A stretch of 64,000 nt of DNA from Podarcis cretensis (taxonomy: Eukaryota), in the NCBI GenBank assembly GCA_951804945.1, contig OX638151.1:31620001-31684000 (forward strand), given 5' to 3'. Under the pieces are notes generated by a model. The model had not been told where the DNA came from and ran no database searches. It worked only from the letters and a program-made list of their open reading frames with translations. The translations under genes and the position numbers were made by a program. Positions 50,529 through 61,110 of this stretch are shown here, one piece after another (positions within the stretch are counted from its first letter, which is position 1; the number at the start of each line of letters is the position of its first letter).

Positions 50529-50867
50529 TAATAGGGAAGAGACTTGAGGTAACAGACTAGCCTGCTGGTTGGGGGTAATGGGAGATGCAGTCCAACAGAC
50601 AGGGGAGGGGGCCAGATAACAGGACAAGGTGAGAAAAGCTACTGCTGCCTCATATTGCAATGCCTTTGCTTTTAAAATATGTTTGTACTTCTGCATTAAA
50701 TGGTGCATGCCTGCAGCGTGAGCTATAGTTCCATTCTTGGTAGAGGGTGTTTGTTCCTCAAATTGTTCTGAAGCGCTTTATGCAATGTGTTAACCTTTCA
50801 CATGTTTCACAATTTGCTTGAATCTCTGTGAATTAAGTTACTCACTTTGTTTTAACTCACTTTGTTA

Positions 50868-51047
50868 CTGTATTTACTCGAGTCTAATGAACCATCGAAT
50901 CTCATGCACACCTCAATTTTTCAGAACCTTGAAGCCAAAAAAAGAATCTGTAGCGAATGTAAACGTGCCATCAAATCTAATGCACACCTTTATTTTCACA
51001 ACATAATTTGGCCAAAAAAGGTGAGCGTTAGATTCAAGTAAATATGG
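50868..51047. mobile_element. Tc2/pogo-like MITE family C
   Basis: ~22-bp TIRs CTGTATTTACTCGAGTCTAATG / CGTTAGATTCAAGTAAATATGG with TA flanks. Confidence 0.75.
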
Positions 51048-51263
51048 TAGTTGTATTGAGCCCATGGGGGGAAAGTGGGATATACATGTTTATTTATGTG
51101 ACTTTGTTAATCATTTAATGTAGAGAGTCCTGAGAGAAAAGTCTTGAAAGTGCTTTACTGTGGAAACTGAACAGAAACAGTGTATAATTTGAGGAGAAAG
51201 GAACAGAAAGGTTTTGTCGTTTTTCCTTCAGCCTTGTGCATAAGACGGTGACATTCAACCAAA

Positions 51264-51454
51264 CATAGGAGCCAACTCCTAGGTGCTGAGGTCCCTTCGC
51301 ATCCCCATAAAATATTTGAGGGGGCTGCCCCCTCCCCAAGTTGATGGACATTGCCATTCAAATAGTGTGTATGCTGTGTCTTGTGATCAATTATGAGGGG
51401 CAGGGTTTACCTCCCCGCCCCACACACAATATTTTATTTAAGTCGGCACCTCTG
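51264..51454. mobile_element. Probable non-autonomous DNA transposon (Harbinger-like ends)
   Basis: CATAGGAGCCAACT...AGTCGGCACCTCTG imperfect inverted termini. Confidence 0.45.
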
Positions 51455-53556
51455 CAACCAAACATACAGAGGAAAACTCCCTCAAGAACTGTGCAGCCAG
51501 TCAGAGCACACACTCCCTCAGTGAACATCATGGGACTTTGCCTGGTTCCTAAGCAACACCTCCACCCCTCCCCTCTTGGCAAGGTGACTTTTAACACTAA
51601 CAGAATGACCCCTGCTGTTGCACTTCCCACATAAATAAGACACAGCTGCATAAAGGAAAAGGCACAGATCAGCCCTAAACTATGTCTGACAGTTTAAATT
51701 TCAGAGAGAGCAGAAACGTGAAGATCCTCTTCCCACCTATGGTTAAGAGATCCGGAGCAGGGATTATACATTTTTTTCACCACCTCAGCCCCTCCTCTTT
51801 CCTAACTAAGGGATTATTGGTTAGCATGTTAATTGCAGCTAACATCAGGGTGCCGCTGTATTACAAAGGGAAGGGAGTACATGTGGCTCTTTGTTTTTAG
51901 CAATGTGTGGGACTGTTACATCTGTACTAACGAACTCATATCTGTGATTCATGAAAATATATCAATCCTTATGCACGACTGCTGTTAAAACTTCCGCAAT
52001 TTAAAATAAAAAAATTTTTGGTTTGGGACACTGTGTCCAGACAGGAAAAGCTATTCTTTCCGTTCAATAATTGTTCATTTCTTGCAGACTGTTTTCCATC
52101 CTTACTGCCTGTATTCAAAGGTTCTTATTAATAGAATAGCAAAACAAACAATGGCTTACCTGGAAGGAAGGAAGGAAGCACGGTCTCTGCTGTGAGTAGA
52201 TAATTGGCCTTTGCATAGCGAAATGAGTTAGGTTATAACTGGAGCACCTTCTGCATTTGAGGAAGCCAAGGATCCTTTCAATGCATCACTTAAATTAGCC
52301 CTCAATCAGCTCAAAAGTGAGGCCTTATTGAGCCCATTTTGTGATTGCAGCGATCACAGGAGATGACAGAGATTTGTTCTTCCTTCTGGCATTCTGTTCA
52401 TATATCCGCTGAATGCTTTTGCTTGCTGCAGTCTCTGAATTCAAGGACTCCTGGAGAGCTACTACTGCAAATTCCCGCTGAGTGCAAGTAACGGCGGGAT
52501 GCTGCGCGGTCTGCCATAGCTGCAACCCAGCTCCATTTCTGCACATTCATAGTGGCACAGTTGTGTGGCAACAGGCATAATAGCAATTCAGAATGCAATC
52601 AGTGCAGGGACTTAGCAGCATCCTCCTGCAGGTTGAAGGCCTCTTGGCATCCAGGTGTACAGGGCCTGATTATAGTGGTGTTCAAGTTGGCTCCCTACTT
52701 CCTATTTGCTCGAAAGCTCAAAAGTCCATCTGTTCCTGTTGTTGTAGTCTCGTTGCTGAGCGACAATGTGCAGAGCTCAGTGGAGTGGGAGGCCAGCCAA
52801 CCAGAAGACTCCCTGAGGTGTACTTGCCTGGAGGCAGAGTCAGTATCCAAAGCCAGGTCCAGTCCCAAGGGCAGATGGTTTAGGGGTCAGGGGCCCCGAT
52901 GATCATGGGGTCAAGATGAGCAGGAAGCAGCTAGGTAGGGCCAGGAGCTACAGGCGTTGTTACCAGCAACTGAAGGCTACTGGAAGCTCTGCTTAGGCAG
53001 ACTGAAGCCAGCTGGTTCTCATCAGTCCCTTCTCCTTTGTGTCATCGAAGGCTGATCAGTTGCAGGTGGAGTCATTCCTCCTTTTCCTCCTTCAAGCTGT
53101 TGTTCAGCAGGTGAAGCTGACTTTTAATTAATTTTATTATTATGGTCACAGACCAGTTCCAGCTCACTTACAATATCAGAAAAATAATAAAACACAACAG
53201 GAATACACTGGATTGCAATTAGGTATAACAGAGACAATTCAGATACAGCGTCAGTTAAAAATATATATTAAATCTTGATCACTAAAATATAACCTAAAAT
53301 TGTCATTTAAAATCTTCATCATTTTGGTAGTGAAGCTAACTCCTAGCCCATGACACCTGAACTCCATAGTAATCCCTGAAACCCCAAATAAATGCTGGGA
53401 TGCCCCATGTCTTATATCAGGATCAGAGGACTCCCTCTTTGAATCACAACAATGCAGATAATCAATTGAAACTAACATGACTGCAAAATGCTCATAAGTG
53501 CATGGTGACAGCACAAAACCATAAAAAATTACTAACTTAGCGTGCACTAGTTCCTG

Positions 53557-53914
53557 AAGCAGGGACAGGGGTGGCACTGAGCCCCTTGGGCTTGCTGATC
53601 AGAAGGTCGGCGGTTCAAATCCCCACGATGGGGTGAGCTCCCATTGCTTGGTCCCAGCTCCTGCCAACCTAGCTGTTTGAAAGCATGCCAGTGCAAGTAG
53701 ATAAATAGGTACTAAAAACGGCATTTCCGTGCACTCTGGTTTCCATCACAGTGTTCTGTTGCGCCAGAAGCAGTTTAGTCATGCTGGCCACATGACCTGG
53801 AAAGCTGTCTGTGGACAAACACTGGCTCCCTCAGCCTGAAAGCCGAGATGAGTGCCACAACCCCCATTTAACAGGACTTAACCGACCAGGGGTCCTTTAC
53901 CTTTACCTTTTTTT
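53557..53914 (+). mobile_element. Sauria SINE
   Basis: Family body and ACCTTT tail; 11-bp TSD ACTAGTTCCTG (53546-53556/53915-53925). Confidence 0.9.
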
Positions 53915-54048
53915 ACTAGTTCCTGTGGGTGCATGGCACACACTCAATGGCAGAGACAAAAAAGAAGAAAATAGCTAACTTATGTAGGGGGAAAATAAGT
54001 AATGGAGAGTGCCCACCCTCAAATATGCTTTGGGACAAGAAGAATCAT

Positions 54049-54256
54049 TTGTTGTTGTCGTTTAGTCGTTTAGTGGTGTCTGACTCTTCGTGACCCCATG
54101 GACCAACTCATGTTGGTAGCTTCAAGAACACTGTCCAACCATCTCGTCCTCTGTCGTCCCCTTCTCCTTGTGCCCTCTATCTTTCCCAACATCAGGATCT
54201 TTTCTAGGGAGTCTTCTCTTCTCATGAGGTGGCCAAAGTATTGGAGCCTCAGCTTC
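54049..54256 (-). mobile_element. BovB (RTE) LINE 3' end
   Basis: KLRLQYFGHLMRREDSLEKILMLGKIEGTRRRGRQRTRWLD, (CAA)-type tail, 14-bp TSD ACAAGAAGAATCAT (54035-54048/54257-54270). Confidence 0.92.
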
Positions 54257-55723
54257 ACAAGAAGAATCATACCCCCAAGCAAATCCACTATGCATCCCAT
54301 CTGGCCCAGACACATGGGGACACATTGCATGGTCAAAGGGAATCTATGCATAGCAATAATAGGCAGTGTGTAGGGGGGGGAATGTAACTGGGGGTGCCCA
54401 CTCCAAAATATGCTTCATGTCAGGACAAATCATACACCCAAGCAAAGGGGAGAGTGTCATATACAAGATGGCAAGGCATCTCACCTGCCCTGGAGCTTCC
54501 TGTGGGCGTAGGGCATGAATAAAGGTCTCTGTGCACACCAAAAACAGCCAAAATATGTAGGAAAAGTAAGTGACTGGTGATGCCCACCTCAAACTATGCT
54601 TTGGGCCACCCACAGATATGAAAGCATGTTCTGTACAAGATACCGTTGGATCCTGCCTGACCCAGAGATTCCTGAGGACAAAACATAAGCTTATTTATCC
54701 AGCAGTTCAGGGACAGGTGAACGTTCCTTCCTTTCCAGTGCTTTGAACTTTCAGGCAAGGAACTGGGAAGTGGGAACAAGCTTTGATATCATCTGATTAT
54801 GCCTGGTTTTTGTGCCTGCTTATCTGGGTGTGTTTGCCTGGGCTGGAACGGAATGTGTCCTTGCAAGCTCATACCGTTTTTTCAATTTGCCTGGCTGCAG
54901 AGGTGCGTGCGTGCGTGCGTGTGTGTGTGTGGAAACTAGCCTATCCCACAAAGGGGAAATTGTTCTGCTTGCTTTTGTCTCTGGTGCCACCCCTGCCATG
55001 TGGCTCCTGGGGGCAAATGCAGTCCTTGACCTGAGAGCTGAGAGGGATTCCCCACACACAGTTAGATGCTTGCATTGTTTCCTAACCTGATATCTTTGGA
55101 TAAAGGGTGGGTTATAATTTTATTTTATTTATTTTATTTTAAAGAGGAAATGACAATCCTACTGGATATTCTTCTCCTCTGTTACCCTCTTTCCCTTGTT
55201 AGGGGGAGAGGAAGAAATGGTGATAAACAATGCCCCAGAAGTGTAGATCTTTGGGGAGATGGAATCCTGAAGGGCAGAAGAAGACACTCTCATAGAACTC
55301 ATCTTTACCATCTTGTGGTTTCTGGTACTGAGTCTCTGGTCTACATCAGTTTTTCTAGGTCACGTTGACAAATAAACTTAACAGAGGATCGCTCTATCAT
55401 ACTCTGTGCCCCTGTTGGAAGCTACTTTCTCTGCACGATAACATTGTTCATCTTCTGAGCAAAACTAGGGAGGGCGTCCTGAACAGGTGCCATAGAATTC
55501 TAATAAAGCTGTAATGTTCCCACTGGGGCTAAAGGGAATCCAACTGATAGTTATGAGCCCAAGTCTCAATTTACATGGGCTCAATTAATCAAGCTGTTAA
55601 AAAGCACGCACTCCTAGAGAGAAGCCTGCTGCAAGTGCTTCTTTCTTCCATTGTTGGGAAACTGCTAAAATAGGAGACAGAATTGAGGGCACCAGTTTAA
55701 TAGCTGCACTGATCTCAAAGGAA

Positions 55724-55855
55724 GCAGCATAGCTCAGTTGGGAGAGCTTGAGGCTCTTAATCTCAGGGTAGTGGGTTCGAGCCCTGTGTTCGGCAAAAGA
55801 TTTGTGCATTGCAGGTCTTAGATGAGCCTCGTGGTCCCTTTCAATTCTATGATTC
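55724..55855 (+). mobile_element. tRNA(Lys)-like head + CR1-tail SINE (Squam2-like)
   Basis: tagctcagttgg..ctcttaatctcagggt..gggttcgagccc followed by ggtccctttcaattctatgattc. Confidence 0.75.
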
Positions 55856-57277
55856 AGCAACCATGTACAGCCTGACTTTTGTGTGTGTGGGGGGGGGGGG
55901 GGGGGTCAAATATACCAATGTTTTATATAGTTCAGCAATGTACAAGAGCCACAATCTCTCCTCCTCCTCCCACCAACAGCAACCAGCCTAGCCCTTGCAG
56001 CTTGCACCATGAAATCCACCAGGTCCTTTCCTGCAGGTGCTTTTTCACACAGCATCTGTAGTCTGTACACCAAGGACGCCAGAATCGACTTGTGTATGTA
56101 CTCAAAATAAACAGTAAATGGCTTCCCTCCAAGAACTGCTTTCGCTAGAGCAGGAGATGGGGGGCCCCAAGCCCATGACCAAATGTGGACTCTAGCCATT
56201 ATAGCACACTGTCTACTCTCTCCCCAGGCTTCAGTGACACACTCCTGCCAGGGGAAAGTCACTTGGGGTATGAGGAGTGTGACCTGGGGAAGGAAGTGTG
56301 GCCTACAAAGAGTTTTGAGGTCCTGATAGGTGTGGAGGGCCACATTTGAACCCTGGGCAGACACTTCCATGGTTCAGGGCTTAATCGACAGCCATGCTCC
56401 CTCTTTTCCTACAGGTATTAAGTTTCCATAATGCCATGAATATTATGGTGTTACCCATTTTTGCTGTTGTGAATGGTCAAAATGCTGCATTTCAGCTTTT
56501 TTGGAGACATATCAGAGATTCGTGTCTCTTGAATTTCATGGCTTTCTGCCCCCAGCTGGCAGCTCCCCCCCCCCCATATTACCAGGTGTGTGTGTACTGT
56601 ATCTGTAAAATTACTGAGTCAAATTCATTGGCTTAAGTGGGCTCTTGTTTGTAAAAAGCTAATGCCATCACAAATCTCTTAGCCTACAAGGAGCCTTTGC
56701 TGTTGTTTTTTGCAATAATTTGTCATTGGAGATTAAAATGGGAATGATAGAGAGCTGGGTCTAGTGAAAAATGAAGTGCAGCCTAATAGACAACCCTGGA
56801 GGAAGCTATTTTTTTGCAAGTCTTCTTAACAAAATTGCCTATTGAAATGCAGTGAGCAGGAAACTTGGCACAACTGGCAGGGCTTTTAAAATCCCACAGC
56901 GCCACCTGCAGTACAAGGACTGTGCCACCACTTTCTAATTTTTATTAAAGAATCAACAGCAACTTCCTTTATGGACAGAATCATATGATATAATTCTCAG
57001 ATATAAATCAGTCATTTAATGTTAGCTTGAGAAGAGTTGACTGCACCTTAAGAAATGTAAAGATGTATTTGTAACTCTCATTTCTAGGCGGCAGGTCTCC
57101 ACCCCACCACCCAATGGTGAACCTTTCTAGCCAGATCTTAACTCCAACCCCCCCCCCCCCCGTGGGCCAGTTTGGGCAGCTAGGTAGGACTACCCACCTG
57201 TAAATCATCTGGCATAATGTCATGTGATTGACACCTATCAAAGTCGGTCTACGGGGGTGGGGGTATAGCTCAAAGAT

Positions 57278-57662
57278 GGGACGTGGGTGGCACTGTGGTC
57301 TAAACCACTGAGCCTCTTGGGCTTGCAGAACAGAAGGTCAGTGGTTCAAATGCCCGCAATGGGGTGAGCTCCCGTTGCTCTGTCCCAGCTCCTGCCAACC
57401 TAGCAGTACAAAAGCATGCCAGTGCAAGTAGAAAAATAGGTACCACTGCGGCAGGAAGGTAAACGGCATTTCCGTGAGCTCTGGCTTCTGTCACAGTGTT
57501 CTGTTGCACCAGAAGCGATTTAGTCATGCTGGCCACATGATCCGGAAAGCTGTCTGTGGACAAACGCCGGCTCCCTCGGCCTGAAAGCGAGATGAGCACC
57601 ACAACCCCATAGTCGCCTTTGACTGGACTTAACCCTCCAGGGGTCTTTTATCTTCTTTCACC
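57278..57662 (+). mobile_element. Sauria SINE
   Basis: Family body, degenerate tail, TSD core ATAGCTCAA (57265-57273/57663-57671). Confidence 0.9.
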
Positions 57663-58106
57663 ATAGCTCAAGGGGCTTGCTCAGCTCTGTCTGCAGTGCT
57701 TCTCAAATGCCTGACAATCAGCTGCCTGCTGGATGCTTGGGAAGTCCTATGCAAAGCCTCTTTCCTTCAAGCCCTGCCCTCGCTTTCCCTACAACTGATT
57801 GTCAGAGGGGCATGACTTGTCCAAAACAGCCTTTTGAGCCAAATGGGGAGGCCTACTGGCCCAAATTTGACCATTCCTTGCCTCTGGTTTTTAAGGGAAA
57901 AGACCTCTGGTAAAATTTCAGAAGATGTGCAACATTCTCAGTACTTGAGATTTAACATCATCCTGCACACACATAATTCCAGAGGAACAAAGTTTAATCA
58001 TTATTAATTGAATTACATCCATTGTTCCCACTAGGCTTTATGCACTTGCTGCAATTTTATTCATGGTCATTTACCTTATTCTCTCAAAGAAGAGGCCCTA
58101 ATAGAA

Positions 58107-58156
58107 TTCCTTCCTTCCTTCCTTCCTTCCTTCCTTCCTTCCTTCCTTCCTTCCTT
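58107..58156. repeat. (TTCC)n microsatellite
   Basis: Directly visible. Confidence 0.95.
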
Positions 58157-59696
58157 GCATTAAATATCCTGGCTGCTAGGCTTATCTTAGTTACTGAGTG
58201 AGCAGATTTTGTTTCAGCTGATCTGTTTGCATCACTGAACAACACCGGCTTAGCGGACAGAAAACCCTTTCTCCCCTAAGGCTTCTCGAATTGCTTGTTC
58301 TTCCCCAAGCAAACATCCAATCCTTCTTACAACCACCAACCACGTATAAAATCTTTACACCTCCAGCACTGCATAATTATTTTACCTCTTTGCCTCTCGC
58401 TTCTGGTTGCTCGGCTTCTGTGCTGGATGCGATGGGTGGAGCTTCACTGACTCCTCCATCCAGGAAAGGACTGGTGATGAAGGGCCAGGTCGCTCTGGCC
58501 CTTGGTCACCACCAGCCCACTGCACTTCTGTGTGAAGGCTCGACCTGCATGCTCAGCTTAGAGAACAAGTGGCCTGTGGCTGAGACCTGGATGGCTCCAT
58601 GGTCTGGTGCTGCATATCTGTGCTGGACATCCGGCATAGAAACACAGCAGAAGGTGCTGGTGTGGTGCAGGGAAGGAGTGCAATCTCCTCTATGCCCAGT
58701 ATAATGGGGATGCAGTGGGCTACCAGAGGAGGAATGAAGCACCCCATGCTGCCTCCACTTCTAGGCTGGGGGTGGGGTCTGTGTTTCCTTGCTGCCCAGC
58801 TCAGAAATACAGTGGACTGCTAGAAGAGGGTCATCTGCCAGCTCACTCATTTGTCTGGGAGAAATGCTAGGTTACCTATGGAGACCATATGAGGAGGGCT
58901 TGATGAGGAGGGCAAGACTGATTTATTCCATTTTATTTACTTCCAATAACATTCATAAGCCAGCAGCTCATTAAAACCATATATAAGGAAGGTGTACCAT
59001 AAAATCAATGAACCATCGTAAAAAAGCAAGATCATAAAATACAAAACAAATTACCAACAGTGAATGTTATTAGGTCTCTTAAAAAGGTTTCCATCAAGCG
59101 ATGGAATATCAAGAGTCGTGGGTGCTAGCTTCATTTCAATAGGAACGGTGTTCCAAATAACTGGTGCCACTGCACGACAAGCCTTTGTTCTCATAGAGAC
59201 TAAATGAAGACTGATACCCTGAGTTTCCATTCCCTTTCAAGCTGGTAATGAACATCTGTGAATCACATAACTAATACCAGCTATAGATGTACAGCACCTC
59301 CAGAAGTCATTAAACTCAGTTATGCACTTACGATTTCAGAACTTCGCATTAAGCAACAGTCCCAAGATTTCTGCCTTGAACCAAAAACCTAAATATTTAA
59401 ATTCATTTGGGCACATGTACAATAACCTGATGTCTTTAGGTCTAAGGAGGTTGCTTTAATATTCCCTTTCTGTATGCATGAGGGGCGAGGAACCTGTGGC
59501 CCTACAGATGTTGCTGGACTTTCAGCTCTCTTCAGCTCCAGCCTGCACAGCCAATAGTCAGCGATGATGGGAGCTGCAGTCAAACAACATCTGGAAGGCC
59601 ACGGGAGTCCCTCTGCCTGCTTTGCAGTCCTTCAAGCTCTTAGGTAGTTTGTTTGAAATACATTCAGGCAGGCACTGGAATTTGTAATGGTCACTA

Positions 59697-59925
59697 CAGT
59701 GGTACCTCTGGTTAAGAACTTAATTCGTTCCGGAGGTCCGTTCTTAACCTGAAACTGTTCTTAACCTGAGGTACCACTTTAGCTAATGGGGCCTCCCGCT
59801 GCCGTCACGTGGCCACAGCGTGATTTCTGTTCTCTTCCTGGGGCAAAGTTCTTAACCTGAGGTACTACTTCCAGGTTAGCAGAGTCTGTAACCTGAAGTG
59901 TTTGTAACCCGAGGTGTTTGTAACC
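59697..59925 (+). mobile_element. Mariner MITE family A (right TIR damaged)
   Basis: TA-CAGTGGTACCTC start and family body. Confidence 0.85.
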
Positions 59926-61110
59926 ATTATGTTTTAAACTGTATTATGTACACTATATACTAACAGAGGTGCTGAACTTGGTTTCTAAACCAGTTCAAAC
60001 CTTGAGGTAGTTGACATATAAAAATAGTTCTAATATAGAGTTGCTTTCCCCCACAAATGACAAACATCAATGTGGGGCAGGGCAGGCTAGGCTCCACCCC
60101 TGGTTTATCCAAAATGAACTCCACAATGCATGGGGGGGGTTCCCCTATGGACATTGTAATGAAAATACATAGGTGAGGAGCGGAGCTTGCCACCACAATG
60201 CCACTTTCCCACTGGAGGTGTCCGCGCATTGCGCATTTGATGGGCAATGAAGGCCCAAAGAGGCCACCATCTTTCACTGACTCAATACTGATATTGTACA
60301 GGAGATAGGCTTAAGAAGGAGTAACCACCTCTGTTAAGATATGAAAAGGTCACAATGGAAAACATAGCTATCTCATGTTTCAGTTTAAGCCTATGCACTC
60401 ACACTGCTTTTCAGTGCCAGGTTTTTAATGCATATTATTGTTATCCAACATGCATATGTATCCCCTACTTTTGTTATAAGATACTATGGTTTGATGCGTC
60501 ATTTTCCAAACCAGCTTCACAGTGATTGGAGTCCCTGAGCCATTTCTAATTCGTCTCTAGCCAAGGTGTGAACACCTTTCTTTAGGGTGTACACATCCTC
60601 GTTCCATGAATGCCCACTGGTGTGTACACAAACAGAAATGGACTGGACACTAATTAGGCTGTGCTGATGTGAATAGCTAGTCAGGAAAGAGGTTTGAGAA
60701 CTTCACTGTGCTCTAAGGCAGTAATGCAATTGGCAATATGTTTTCAGGTCTATGGGCAAAGTAGTGGATCCCGCCCCTCTTAACTAAGCAACTCAATGAT
60801 TAACAATCCTTCAACCAACAAAAGCTTACATAGTTGGAACTCACATAATTGTTACGATAAACATGCAAACTTCCTTCAATTTCAGTCCAGTGTGTGCAAG
60901 ATTCATCAGATGCAGCATACTGATCTATGGAAAGTCTTGGCAGTGAAGGAGGAAATGGCACGAAGATCTTCAGAGTGCTCACACAGTCTTCTCAGTGCAG
61001 GATTTGCCTCGCTCATGTAGAGAGATTAGGGCTCAATGTGTTTAAGGAACAGTATGACACATTTCTCTGACTGGCGGCCATTTCAATGGCCTGGTAGTTA
61101 GAATTGCCAA

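Noticed and set aside
55724-55800. tRNA genes (also 23300, 31508, 40575)
   Set aside because: tRNA-like heads continue directly into SINE bodies or LINE-derived tails and lack intact cloverleaf stems.
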